Origin: a virus
Lineage: Duplodnaviria; Caudoviricetes
Virus record (IMG/VR): IMGVR_UViG_3300020576_007701
DNA length: 64,000 nt
Reading direction: 5' to 3' (one strand)
Positions 1 through 9,950 of this stretch are shown piece by piece; position 1 is the first letter of the stretch, and every line of letters starts with the position of its first letter. Both the position numbers and the translations under genes were made by a program. The notes beneath the pieces are model-generated. The model saw nothing but the letters and a program-made list of their open reading frames with translations. It ran no database searches and was not told where the DNA came from.

Positions 1-787
1 TCCCCTCATCAAGCGTGGTGTGGTTTACACCCTTCATTTTTTCTAATTTAGTTTTAAACTCACTTAAAACATTAATGGATTTTATATCTGAAGAATATTT
101 GGTTTTAACTTCTTCTAATTTTTTATCCACAAGTTGCATTGTCTCAAGTCTAATTGTTTCTAGGTAATTAACCCTTGTTTCAACATCTGAAACTAAAATT
201 TTAAAAACTTTTTTTTCATTCTCGTTTAAATGTTCAAATCTATCATTAAAATTGCTAACAGCAACTTTGGTAATAAATTTCCACGCATCTTTAACAAGTT
301 TTGGAGCGTCTGTTTTTTCATTAGATTTTTCTGACTCAGACACCACTGGTCTAAGCAAGTGATCCATTACAACCTCATAGCTTTTTTGCTCATTTTCAAA
401 ATCAACAAAACCAGGTTTAGTTCTAGCTTCTATTAAAACATTCATCGCTTCAAATAATTTACCGTCTTTTCTAGCTTCCACATGCATGTCATCTAAAAAC
501 TCTCGTCTTATTTTTTTGTTTTCAGCCATTATATGTTCCCATTTTTCATTTATAAAAAGTTGAAGATTTTGATTTAAAAATCTATCAGCCAATCTTTCTT
601 TATCAAAAGATTTACATTCTTGAATACTTTTATAAAAAAGGTGTTGTTTTTGAAGAACAGGTATCTTCTTTACTACTTTAGCAAAACTATCTAAAGTGGC
701 GCTTTTTGACTCTTTTATCATTTCTGAAGCGGATAACTTCATTATTGAGTCTCTTATTGCTCCAAAATTAAAACTGATTTCTCTCAT
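1..787 (-). CDS. Hypothetical phage protein, 3'-truncated by the window edge
   Basis: Not in the ORF track. ATG at 787 (MREISFNFGAIRDSIMKLS...), with the same frame still open at position 2 (...KGVNHTTLDEG). TATTTAT motif upstream at 814-820 (minus). Confidence 0.75.
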   Translation of the reverse strand, partial: MREISFNFGAIRDSIMKLSASEMIKESKSATLDSFAKVVKKIPVLQKQHLFYKSIQECKSFDKERLADRFLNQNLQLFINEKWEHIMAENKKIRREFLDDMHVEARKDGKLFEAMNVLIEARTKPGFVDFENEQKSYEVVMDHLLRPVVSESEKSNEKTDAPKLVKDAWKFITKVAVSNFNDRFEHLNENEKKVFKILVSDVETRVNYLETIRLETMQLVDKKLEEVKTKYSSDIKSINVLSEFKTKLEKMKGVNHTTLDEG

Positions 788-829
788 TGTCTGGTTTTTA
801 TATAGGTTTTACAATAAATATCTAATTTT

Positions 830-861
830 TTTGCATGTCAATAAAAAAAATAGTATATTTG
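830..861 (+). promoter_or_regulatory. Bacteroidota-type primary-sigma promoter (-33 TTTG / -7 TAnnTTTG)
   Basis: TTTG 830-833, 20-nt spacer, TATATTTG 854-861, upstream of ATG 907. Confidence 0.65.
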
Positions 862-906
862 TTACTCTATTATTGTAAAATATAAAAAAATTTAAACGAA
901 AAGCAC

Positions 907-3216
907 ATGATTAATTATGTAAAAGTCAAAAAAGACCTGTATTTCGCCCAACAAATTATTGGGACTGCAGCTCAAAAAGAAAAAATTGTTGAGGTTAATA
1001 CTCATCATTTATTCATTATAGATTGTTCTGGCTCAATGCATGGGCAACTTTCTCAAATTAGAAAAGATTTATTTAACAAAATCTCTACTATTTTAAAACC
1101 TAACGACTCTACAACCATTATTTGGTTCTCTGGTAAAAATGAATTTGGTGTGGTTTTAGAAGATTATCAAGCAAACGGTAAAATGAGCTTAACAAACATT
1201 AAGGCCGCCATTGATAAATATTTAACTTCACAAGGTTTAACAGCATTTAAACAACCATTACAAGAGGCTAAAAAAGTGATTCAAAATGTAATTAAAACTA
1301 AAAAAGATTATTTACACTCACTATTTTTCTTAACAGATGGTTGCGATAATTGCTGGCCAGAAAAAGAAATTCTTAGCGCCATTGATGATTTAAAAGAGTT
1401 TGTAAACGGCGCTACAATTGTAGAATATGGTTACTATTGCAATAGAGAACTTATGAGCAGAATGGCTCAAACGTTTGGCGGTATCCACACTGTTTCTAAA
1501 AACTTTCAAGATTTAAACCCATATCTTGATAAACAATTTTCAAGCGACAACAAAAGTAAAAAAACTTATGTTCAATTAGAAGCTATTCCAGAAAGCCAAG
1601 TAGTTTGGAATGTTGTTGATAAAGATGTAATTCTTTATTCTCCAAATGAAAGCAATGAAGTGGCTATTGGCGTAGATGGAGAAACGAGTATTTATTACCT
1701 TACCAAAAAAGAACCAATTGGCAAATCTCTTGGAGATGCAGATTATTTCAACAAACAATATTCAAGCGGCAAATATTCTAATGATGAAATTCTTAAAGGA
1801 TTTTATGCAGCGTTTTTTGCTTTCAGTAGAAAAAGTGATTACAACACTGTGTCAGACTTATTGAAAATGACAGGTGATGCAAATTTAATCAAGATTAAAG
1901 CAAATACTTTCGGAACTCAAAAAATTACTGAATTAGAAGAAAAATTTGTGTCTTGTGTAAATGACTCTTCTCAAAGATATTTGATTGGATATAATCCAGA
2001 TCTTGAACCAGCCGAGGACGCATATTGCGTTATTGACATGTTAACTGATCTTATGAGTAATGAAAAAAATGCTTGGTACCCACAACATGAAGCTTTCTCA
2101 TACAAAAAGATAGGTTCAAAAACTGTATCTAAAGCAGAAACAGTAAATAAAGAAGATAAAGCTAAAATGGAACAACTTCTTAAAGAGGGTAAATTAGAAG
2201 ATTTACAAAGCGCTCTTGATGAAGCAAAAAATAAATTAGGAGAAGATCTTGAATTTTTTTACGATAATGACTTGCAACCATGTTCTTTCAACGACCTTAC
2301 TTGGAATGAAAAAAGGGCAAATCTCTCAGTTCTTGTGACATATCCAGGATACGTTATGCTTCCAGAAAACAATTTTGGAATTGAATCTAAATTCAAAACA
2401 ATGATCTTCAGAAATTACACAATTGTAAAAGATGGAATAATCCACTCTTATAATTTACCAGTTTCTTTATCAGAAGACACATTTAAAAAATTGCAATTAA
2501 ACGGTTTATTACCAGGAGAAACTTATCAAAGTGAAAAAATTTATGTTTTAAATTTTGAAGAAGTTCCTGTAATAAATAGAAAAATGGTAAGTTCATTGTC
2601 CGCTGTAGATGTATTTACAAACTCTTGGGAGTTGTTAAAACTTCAATCAGCAAACACTGTATTTACAGCTCTTAAAAAGAGATTGTTTAAAGGTGTTGAT
2701 AAAAAATTCGAAGATCTATATGGCACAGATGCTACCACTTGGTTAGCTAGTCTTGGCCTTAAAGATAGCGGTTTTGCGCCTGCTAAACTTGTTGAAAAAG
2801 CTGGAGAAGAAATTGTTGTTAATACACTTGAAATTAAAATTGATAAATTATCAACAAGCAATTCAGCAAAAGATGTTGAAGCAACTGAAAAAATGTTAGA
2901 TTCCAATGGAGCAGTAACAGGTCGTCAAGAATTGTTGGTACCAGCTATCAATGAGTTTAGGCAATTTGTAAAAGGTCTTAAAGATCCTAATGATATGGAC
3001 GCTATTAAAGATTGGTTATATGACAAATCTCGTTCTTTCAGAACTCAAAAAACAAGATTAATGACAGAGATTTCAAAATCTAAATTTTTAACCATTGTTG
3101 GAAAGTCTTGGTTTAAAGAATTTCCAGATAGAAGTCAAAAAGAAATGACTTTAAATCTTGATTCAAAAGATATCAAGTTTATTGTTGAAGATAAAATGTC
3201 TACAGTTAAACTTTAA
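907..3216 (+). CDS. vWA (MIDAS) domain protein with large C-terminal extension
   Basis: IIDCSGSM (DxSxS), LTAF and FFLTDG MIDAS elements; 769 aa. Confidence 0.8.
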   Translation: MINYVKVKKDLYFAQQIIGTAAQKEKIVEVNTHHLFIIDCSGSMHGQLSQIRKDLFNKISTILKPNDSTTIIWFSGKNEFGVVLEDYQANGKMSLTNIKAAIDKYLTSQGLTAFKQPLQEAKKVIQNVIKTKKDYLHSLFFLTDGCDNCWPEKEILSAIDDLKEFVNGATIVEYGYYCNRELMSRMAQTFGGIHTVSKNFQDLNPYLDKQFSSDNKSKKTYVQLEAIPESQVVWNVVDKDVILYSPNESNEVAIGVDGETSIYYLTKKEPIGKSLGDADYFNKQYSSGKYSNDEILKGFYAAFFAFSRKSDYNTVSDLLKMTGDANLIKIKANTFGTQKITELEEKFVSCVNDSSQRYLIGYNPDLEPAEDAYCVIDMLTDLMSNEKNAWYPQHEAFSYKKIGSKTVSKAETVNKEDKAKMEQLLKEGKLEDLQSALDEAKNKLGEDLEFFYDNDLQPCSFNDLTWNEKRANLSVLVTYPGYVMLPENNFGIESKFKTMIFRNYTIVKDGIIHSYNLPVSLSEDTFKKLQLNGLLPGETYQSEKIYVLNFEEVPVINRKMVSSLSAVDVFTNSWELLKLQSANTVFTALKKRLFKGVDKKFEDLYGTDATTWLASLGLKDSGFAPAKLVEKAGEEIVVNTLEIKIDKLSTSNSAKDVEATEKMLDSNGAVTGRQELLVPAINEFRQFVKGLKDPNDMDAIKDWLYDKSRSFRTQKTRLMTEISKSKFLTIVGKSWFKEFPDRSQKEMTLNLDSKDIKFIVEDKMSTVKL

Positions 3217-3229
3217 GTTTACACGCAGC

Positions 3230-3262
3230 AAAAAAAGCCCCAGGATCACTGGGGCTTTTTTT
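3230..3262. terminator. Bidirectional intrinsic terminator
   Basis: A7-GCCCCAG-gatca-CTGGGGC-T7 between convergent genes. Confidence 0.85.
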
Positions 3263-3458
3263 ATTTCTTATCAAACCACTTCCATCCCAACAACATCCTA
3301 GTTGTAATTCTGTGAAACCATGATGGTTTTTTATAATACATAAAAGCTGTTGAATATGCGCCGCCATCTCCTCCAGTAATATCGTAACCACCAACAATTT
3401 TTGGTTGTGTTGACAATGAAAAAGAATCAACGGAATATTCACCTGATGCCATTTGCAT
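3261..3458 (-). CDS. Small hypothetical phage protein (KKPSWFHR...GWKW type)
   Basis: Likely start is ATG 3458 (MQMASGE), just after the stop of the upstream glycosyltransferase; the track start at 3527 overlaps that gene. Confidence 0.6.
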   Translation of the reverse strand: MQMASGEYSVDSFSLSTQPKIVGGYDITGGDGGAYSTAFMYYKKPSWFHRITTRMLLGWKWFDKK

Positions 3459-3460
3459 AA

Positions 3461-4810
3461 TTATACGGTTTGAGGTGCTGATATAGATTGAATATAAGCG
3501 TCTCTTTCTGCTTTTCTTGTCTGACACATGTCTCTATAGAATTGAGCTCTCTGAGCGCTCACAATTTCCATTTCATAGGTATTTTTTACCCACTCATGTA
3601 AATTATTTGCCAAGGTATCTCTATAATCTTTATCTAAGATTACTTTTTTGATAGCTTTGTACCAACCATCTTTATTGTTTTTTACAAGAATACCATTCAC
3701 TCCGTCTTTAATAAGTTCACGATAAATACCAAAATCTTGAGCAATAATACACTTCTTTTTCATACCAGCCTCTACAATTTTAAGTTCAGATTTAACTAAG
3801 TTAAAGTTATTTGGAACTGATTTTATTGTGCCTGGTCTAGGATCATTTTCGTGTACCACTTCCCCGCTTTGTAAAACCTTCACTCTGTCAACTTCTTGGA
3901 TTGGCGCTAATGTTACGTCACAATAATCATAGTGCTTACCAAATTGAGTAAGAGGTAAAGTCCATCTACGAACATAACTTTTGTTATATTGTTCTGCGTA
4001 CTCTTCTCTTTTTATTTTCATTAACCATTTAAAATATTCAGGATCTTCAAGTTTTAATTGAGAATATTTGTTTGTAAATATTTCTTCAAACTTACACCAA
4101 ATTGTTTCATGTGGTAATATCGCCCTTGTATTTCTAGAGCCATCTTGTGCAACCTCTGTTATAGAGCCACGAATATCAAAACCACACATAATGAATTGAA
4201 ACTTATCTTTTACTTCTTGATTACCATATAAAAGAGACATAGAATGATCTATTAAACTTAAATCATGCATATGTGAACTACCACCTATCCAAGAAATTCT
4301 ACACTTTTCTGAAGGGTTTGGTTGAACTTCAGATTTCCACATAGCATGACTTGCATCTATTGCATTTGGAATAACATGAACATTTTTATTGTATGCTTTA
4401 ATGTGAGAAGCAAATATGTCCGTTGTACACGTTACATAATCTGCTATTTTCATTGTGCTTAATATTTTTTCAGTAAGTTTTTCTGTTTTTGCCACCTCAT
4501 ATAAAGGGTGTGTGGTTGCTGGAGCCCAATAGTCATCAATATCCATAATTAATACAACGCCAGCAGCCCTTAATTCAGCAAACACAGCATCCTGCGTTTC
4601 AACTGGACCAAGAGCTCTATGAAAATGGATAATATCAAATTGTTTTAAATATGCCAAATTTTCCACATTTGGACCAAGATTAATTTCAATCTCAAACTCT
4701 TCGCCATAATGTTTTTCAAGGGATTGCGCTGGCCAAATATTTCTCCAATGACCCACGCCGTGTGAGTCCGAGGGTACCATTAATACTCGTATTTTTCTAT
4801 TTTCACTCAT
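3461..4810 (-). CDS. Glycosyltransferase, GT-B fold (GT4-like)
   Basis: GVGHWR, DIDDYW, VIPNAID, WIGGSSH, KSELKIVEAG, GVNGILV motifs. Confidence 0.8.
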   Translation of the reverse strand: MSENRKIRVLMVPSDSHGVGHWRNIWPAQSLEKHYGEEFEIEINLGPNVENLAYLKQFDIIHFHRALGPVETQDAVFAELRAAGVVLIMDIDDYWAPATTHPLYEVAKTEKLTEKILSTMKIADYVTCTTDIFASHIKAYNKNVHVIPNAIDASHAMWKSEVQPNPSEKCRISWIGGSSHMHDLSLIDHSMSLLYGNQEVKDKFQFIMCGFDIRGSITEVAQDGSRNTRAILPHETIWCKFEEIFTNKYSQLKLEDPEYFKWLMKIKREEYAEQYNKSYVRRWTLPLTQFGKHYDYCDVTLAPIQEVDRVKVLQSGEVVHENDPRPGTIKSVPNNFNLVKSELKIVEAGMKKKCIIAQDFGIYRELIKDGVNGILVKNNKDGWYKAIKKVILDKDYRDTLANNLHEWVKNTYEMEIVSAQRAQFYRDMCQTRKAERDAYIQSISAPQTV

Positions 4811-5588
4811 TTATAATTTGTTTTATATGTTTAATTGTTTTTTCTTTTTGAAACATATAATCTTGTTCCCAAATTATAAAGAGTTTATAACCACTTTTTT
4901 CAGCTAACTCTTTTTTTATTCTATCTTGCTCCCAAAGCTCATGTGCATACTTTTGTTTTTTTTGATTGAAATAGTCTGCTTTATACTTGTTTGGATTGCA
5001 ATGCCAGTAATCGCCATTATATTCGATGATCACATTTTTGCCTTTTATTAATATATCGTATTTTAAATTCTCTATCTTAAATTGACCTTCTATAATAAAA
5101 CCACTTTTCTCTAATTCTGTTTTTATTTCTTTTTCAGCTTTTGATATTGGAGTTGTATTAAGCTTACCATTAGCCTGGTTTACATAAGCGTTTTTACGTT
5201 GTATAGCTTTTACATGATCTAGACTGCCATCTTTGTATTTTGTTTTTAAAGCCTCTGATACTGATTTTCTATGTATTGGATTGGCCATGACATTATCACT
5301 TCCACAACATTGACCAGTTCTTGATTTAGAATTCTGAATTTTAGATTTAATACTATGTTTTTTTCCAAAAAAAGGATTATTTTTCCCTGTTTTCGAACAC
5401 TTCAAACAAAGCGCCTTGGCTACTTCAGCTTTTCTAATATTTCTCAACAATATAGCATAATCCAAAGAAGTTTGATGTATGTTCTCTTTGCAATCTGGAC
5501 ATTGCCTATATCCATACCATCTATTATCTTTTTGATAAACTTTAAATTTTGCTATCTCCTCCTGAAGTTGCTCTTGTGTTCTTCTCAT
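4803..5588 (-). mobile_element. Free-standing homing endonuclease gene: Zn ribbon + NUMOD3 + DUF559/Vsr-like nuclease
   Basis: CPDC..CLKC, NNPFFGKKHS (NUMOD3), YDILI..IIEYNGDYWH..IIWE. Likely start ATG 5588 (MRRTQ). Stop overlaps the GT start. Confidence 0.75.
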
Positions 5589-5650
5589 AATTATTCCCTT
5601 TGTCCTACATCTAAATAGTCTTAAAAATGTAAAACAATTCATCCAAAAAA

Positions 5651-5690
5651 TAAAAACCAGATCACATACACAAGATGATCTGGTTTTTAT
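5651..5690. terminator. Intrinsic terminator hairpin
   Basis: TAAAAACCAGATCA...TGATCTGGTTTTTA inverted repeat with T/A tails, downstream of 5707..6309 (minus). Confidence 0.75.
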
Positions 5691-5706
5691 TTTTAAAAGT
5701 TATTTA

Positions 5707-6309
5707 TTATTCTATCTTTTCTGCTATTATAGTGAATTCGCATTTGCCCCACTTTCCTGTCATTTTATCAAAAACACCTGTGTTGTTTAAAAAAGATGGG
5801 TTAAAATCTTCTCCATATATTCCAGGAACTCTTAAGTCAATTACTAATTTTTTTTCTAGAACAGAACTGTGTATTTCACCCCAAGATTTTATTTGAGAAA
5901 AATACGGGATTATTCCACCACGAGGTATTATTTTTTTGTCTCTATAAAATATATCGGTATCAGTCACTAAATTAAAAATATCAAATGGAGTGTCTATAAT
6001 TAATTCACAAATACCACTTTTAAAAGAATGTGAAGAATCTACTATCACTGTAGTTCCTTTCTTTTTTTGTTCAGATATTTCTCCAGTAGTCGGATGTTCA
6101 ATTATCTTCGAATCTAAGAGATAAGTTTCAAGCGATGGAGTAATTGTTCGAAAATAGGTGTCAGAACCAGAAGGTTTAAATTCTATCGGACCTGTTCCTA
6201 AAAAAATTTGTTTTAAACCTTCTTGAATAAGGTGTTTTTCTATGCCGCTAACAGCATTTTTGTCAGATAAGGCAGCACGTAGCTCCTCCTTGTTGATTTT
6301 GTAATTCAT
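5707..6309 (-). CDS. Hypothetical protein
   Basis: 200-aa ORF in phage-typical codon usage. Confidence 0.65.
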   Translation of the reverse strand: MNYKINKEELRAALSDKNAVSGIEKHLIQEGLKQIFLGTGPIEFKPSGSDTYFRTITPSLETYLLDSKIIEHPTTGEISEQKKKGTTVIVDSSHSFKSGICELIIDTPFDIFNLVTDTDIFYRDKKIIPRGGIIPYFSQIKSWGEIHSSVLEKKLVIDLRVPGIYGEDFNPSFLNNTGVFDKMTGKWGKCEFTIIAEKIE

Positions 6310-6424
6310 TGTTTTTCATTTTTTAATTTAACTTCCATGTGGTTGATCCACATAGTTCTGTATTTGTGTATAGAAAAATATATACAAATCAAATCAAAAA
6401 ACAAAATGAATTTTTATTTAAATA

Positions 6425-6450
6425 AAAAACCACCTGTGCAAGGTGGTTTT
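6425..6450 (-). terminator. Intrinsic terminator
   Basis: AAAACCACCT-gtgca-AGGTGGTTTT, with a T-tail on the minus strand downstream of 6531..6803. Confidence 0.75.
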
Positions 6451-6530
6451 GGTTAAGTAGCCTTTAGATTTGAGCAGTGGTAATTAAGCACTTAAGCTTA
6501 AAAGGCATTATTAAATACAAATATACTAAT

Positions 6531-6803
6531 TTATTTAGCGTTTTTATAATTATCAACTTCTTTGCTAGCGGCTTCTAAACTGCTTTCGTTGTAATTTTCA
6601 CAAAGTTGAAGATTAAGATCGTTGTCAAAATTTCTATCTATTTTGATTAGATTTCTTCTTTCTTGAATGTCAATTGTCGTAGTCATTCTTGAGTCTGCAA
6701 CACAAAATTCATTTGGTTTTAAAATCATTCCAATTGTAATCGTGTTGGTTTTAGCCACTGCAACCTTTACTGGGTTAGGACTTACGTTTTTAATTTTCCA
6801 CAT
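6531..6803 (-). CDS. Hypothetical protein
   Basis: 90-aa ORF; CATTTATA variant motif upstream (6821-6828, minus). Confidence 0.65.
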   Translation of the reverse strand: MWKIKNVSPNPVKVAVAKTNTITIGMILKPNEFCVADSRMTTTIDIQERRNLIKIDRNFDNDLNLQLCENYNESSLEAASKEVDNYKNAK

Positions 6804-6848
6804 ATTTTCTTTTTTTTTAATATAAATGTTATTTCCAAAAAACTAAAG

Positions 6849-7937
6849 TTATTTGGTGTAACATTTTCTAGTTGATATTTTATTTACTGGAGTATAGTAA
6901 GTATTACCTTCAATAAGCCACTCCTGAACTTCTGAATTTTCTCTAACTAAAAGTGTTTTATCGTTTTTGTCAAGAGCTTCTTTTAATTTTTTAGGGGTAT
7001 CAATTTTTTGAAAATCATCTACAATTGTACGCATGTTTAAATCAAAATTTTCTTTAACAACAATTGGTACATTAGCACTAATAGTGTTTCCACCTTCGAA
7101 TGAAAGATTGCTTGTGTCAAGTGTTCCGATTAGATTAGTTGTATAAGGCTTTCCGCTGCTTATTGGGTTGTCTTGAGCAATTTGTTTTTGCAACATCCTC
7201 ATCACAATATCTTCAACTGTTTTTTGAAGATCTACTGAAGAAGCAATTTGTCTCACAATTTGAGAATCATCTGTAGAGGTAACTCCATTCATTGCGTTTT
7301 GTACGGCGTATGGATTTTCTTTATATTTAGCCTGCGCTTCAAAATCAGGGTCAAATCTTTTTTCAGCAAACACTGTAGTGCCGTTTGAAAAATCATATTC
7401 CATTTCTCCGATTTTTTCAAGCTTAGCAAGAAAAACTTCCGCTTTCTTTTGGCCATTATCTAACCATAACTCACGCATTGATTTTTTTACATCTGGATCA
7501 GCAAATGTTCTTATTGGTTTAAGAGAAAGGTTTTCGCCACTTTCACTTAGTTCATTTTGACTAAAAATAATTACTTTACCTGGTTGTACTTTATCTAAAA
7601 AAGATGGCAATTCTGGTGTATATTCTGGAATGTTTCCACTTGTACCTTGATCTACATTTTGTCCAGGTGTTTGAGTTCCATCGAATGTTGTGTTTACAGT
7701 TTCTATACTTTCTCCTTCTTCTGGTCCCATTATTGGTTCTTCCGAAGGGTCTTCTGCAAGGTTAGACATTACAGCTTCTGGTATCATTTCTGGAATTTCA
7801 TTAATAGCTTTTTCGTGATTGTAAGCACTCATAACTTTTAATTTTATTTGTTCAATGGCCGCATCATCTAAAACGCCATTTAAGTTCATTTGAGATACTT
7901 GATCACCAATCATAGCTTTAAGCTCTTGCATATTCAT
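6849..7937 (-). CDS. Acidic hypothetical protein, probably head-associated
   Basis: 362 aa, acidic, several hydrophobic-x-E sites; TATTTATA upstream (7954-7961, minus). Confidence 0.6.
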   Translation of the reverse strand: MNMQELKAMIGDQVSQMNLNGVLDDAAIEQIKLKVMSAYNHEKAINEIPEMIPEAVMSNLAEDPSEEPIMGPEEGESIETVNTTFDGTQTPGQNVDQGTSGNIPEYTPELPSFLDKVQPGKVIIFSQNELSESGENLSLKPIRTFADPDVKKSMRELWLDNGQKKAEVFLAKLEKIGEMEYDFSNGTTVFAEKRFDPDFEAQAKYKENPYAVQNAMNGVTSTDDSQIVRQIASSVDLQKTVEDIVMRMLQKQIAQDNPISSGKPYTTNLIGTLDTSNLSFEGGNTISANVPIVVKENFDLNMRTIVDDFQKIDTPKKLKEALDKNDKTLLVRENSEVQEWLIEGNTYYTPVNKISTRKCYTK

Positions 7938-8038
7938 AACTGTGTGTTTTTTATATAAATAGCTTATTTTTTGTGTTTTTGATTTTAGCTATTTACATTC
8001 TTAAAAAATAAGCTTATTTATTAAGAAAGCAATAATTT

Positions 8039-8815
8039 ATGAGACCTAAAACCAAAGAAAGAAAAACACCAAAATATATACAAGAAGAAGCTCAGTCTTT
8101 TAAAAGCAGCCCTAAATCTGTGGCTGCAGAATTTATTAAACCAAAAAAACTAGAATTTGAATTAACCAAAAAACAAAAGGATTTAATGAAAATTTTAAGT
8201 AGCAATAAAATAATTACTGTCACAGGACCTCCAGGTACAAGTAAAACTTTTATTGCGTGTTATGCGGCTATACATGCTTATATGACTGGTAAATGCCAAC
8301 ACATCATCTTATCAAAGCCAACAGAAATACTTTCTGGAACAAAAGATCCAGGAGCTCTACCAGGTTCATTAGAAGAAAAAATGGCCGTTTATGCTGAATC
8401 TTTTTTTGATGCTTTTGATGAAATTCTTGATAAAAAAGATTTTAAACATTTGTGGAATGATAAAATAATAGAATTTAAACCAGCTCAATTTTTAAGAGGT
8501 AGAACAATTAAAAACTCTTTTATCATAATCGACGAATTTCAAAATTTTGATATTAAAGCGCTTAAAAGTATAGTTACCAGATTTGGTAGAAATAGCACAA
8601 TCGTATTCATGGGAGATACAAAACAAAATGATATTGGAAAGAAATTTGTAGCGGTTGATTTATTTAATGAAATCATAAAGCCAATAAAGGGTTGCGCTAT
8701 ATTTAAGTTTGAGAGAGGGGATATTGTGCGTGAACAAATTTTAATTGATATTGTAGATAGATTTGAAAAATTTGAAGAAGAAGGCAAGTTCACTGATACC
8801 ATAAAGGGAAATTAA
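8039..8815 (+). CDS. phoH: PhoH-family ATPase
   Basis: GPPGTSKT Walker A, PGALPGSLEEK, FLRGRT, IIDEFQN, MGDTKQND, DIVR. Confidence 0.92.
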   Translation: MRPKTKERKTPKYIQEEAQSFKSSPKSVAAEFIKPKKLEFELTKKQKDLMKILSSNKIITVTGPPGTSKTFIACYAAIHAYMTGKCQHIILSKPTEILSGTKDPGALPGSLEEKMAVYAESFFDAFDEILDKKDFKHLWNDKIIEFKPAQFLRGRTIKNSFIIIDEFQNFDIKALKSIVTRFGRNSTIVFMGDTKQNDIGKKFVAVDLFNEIIKPIKGCAIFKFERGDIVREQILIDIVDRFEKFEEEGKFTDTIKGN

Positions 8816-8848
8816 AAAAAACGACTATTTATAGTAAACAAAACGACT

Positions 8849-9052
8849 ATGATAGATTATTTTTATCCAGAACTTGACCCAAAAGGTCAAAAAAGCAAAA
8901 AGTTTGTTAACGAACTTTTAAATCCTGAGCAAGCATATTTTGAAGCTCAGAAGAAAGCTGCTTCTATGCAAAAAACAAAAAATGACATTATGGAAAAAGA
9001 CAATGGAAAGCTTTTAACTAATGATGGAAGAGAAATGTTAAACGAACAATAA
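8849..9052 (+). CDS. Small hypothetical protein (C-terminal DGREML motif)
   Basis: 67-aa ORF; TATTTATA at 8826-8833. Confidence 0.65.
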   Translation: MIDYFYPELDPKGQKSKKFVNELLNPEQAYFEAQKKAASMQKTKNDIMEKDNGKLLTNDGREMLNEQ

Positions 9053-9060
9053 TACACACT

Positions 9061-9231
9061 ATGTTACAAGAAGCTAAAAATAAAAAAACCTCATCAAGAG
9101 ATCTTATTTCTCCTGTTAAAAAGAGCGAACCAAAAGAACAAGTAAAAAAAATAAGTTCTGATTCTAATGATATCATTGAAAGAATCGACCAAAAAGTAGT
9201 TATTGAAGATGGTCGTGAGCTTTTAAAATAA
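9061..9231 (+). CDS. Small hypothetical protein, paralog of 8849..9052
   Basis: Not in the track. 56 aa, MLQEAKNK...NDIIERIDQKVVIEDGRELLK; C-terminus matches NDIMEKDNGKLLTNDGREML. Confidence 0.65.
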   Translation: MLQEAKNKKTSSRDLISPVKKSEPKEQVKKISSDSNDIIERIDQKVVIEDGRELLK

Positions 9232-9271
9232 ACCCAAAAAAAATAATCCAACAAAAAAACCCAAGTTTTAA

Positions 9272-9943
9272 TTAGCTTGGGTTTTTTGTTATTTTAGTTA
9301 CATTGTTAATGATTGTACTAGTGAGCGGCTTGTTATTTCTATATATTTTAAGCTGTGCTTGGTATCCGACTTTAATGTGCGGAGAAATAACAACTATATC
9401 TCCAGATAGTAAACCTGGAACTGTTGTGTCAGAAACCAAAAAACTGTTATTAGAAACCTTTTTTAAAGTCATTTCTGAACTTAGAGTACTAATTTTAATT
9501 ACAGTGTTATTTGGCACTTTATCATCATTGATAAACTCAGACATTTCTTTATTTTGAAAAACACTACTTCCTTTTACACCAAGATCTTCCAATTCGCTTC
9601 CAAGCATATTTCTAGTCTGAGAAAGATATTCAATTTTTTTCTGATAAGAAGCAATAAGTTTATCTAAAACTAATGCCTTATCTTTTTTTACTCTTTGAAG
9701 TTCTACATATTCTTCGCTTTCACGAGCAGCTTCTTCTTCTCTATTTAATTTTTCAAGTCTTTTTTCATTGACTTCAATAAATCCAGCATCTAAATCCGCT
9801 AACTTATCTTCGATAACATCTATCTTAGAATCTGTTTCTGAATCTATATTCTGGCCATTAGGAGAAAAAGCCTCTTGATTTATAATCTTAAGGCTTTCTC
9901 TTCTAATAAATTCCAAAAGCTGGCTTTTATTCTTTATTTCCAT
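9272..9943 (-). CDS. Hypothetical coiled-coil protein, probably head-associated
   Basis: Likely start ATG 9943 (MEIKNKSQLLEFIRRES), 7 nt after the stop of the upstream gene. Confidence 0.6.
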   Translation of the reverse strand: MEIKNKSQLLEFIRRESLKIINQEAFSPNGQNIDSETDSKIDVIEDKLADLDAGFIEVNEKRLEKLNREEEAARESEEYVELQRVKKDKALVLDKLIASYQKKIEYLSQTRNMLGSELEDLGVKGSSVFQNKEMSEFINDDKVPNNTVIKISTLSSEMTLKKVSNNSFLVSDTTVPGLLSGDIVVISPHIKVGYQAQLKIYRNNKPLTSTIINNVTKITKNPS

Positions 9944-9950
9944 TTTTTTA

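Noticed and set aside
5589-5650. Relic N-terminus of the glycosyltransferase upstream of the Vsr-like endonuclease
   Set aside because: No similarity to MSENRKIRVLMVPSD seen on the minus strand
6459-6507. Possible structured ncRNA (GCCTTT...AAAGGC) before the terminator
   Set aside because: Only a 6-bp outer stem with irregular inner pairing, and no family features recognised; needs covariance evidence.
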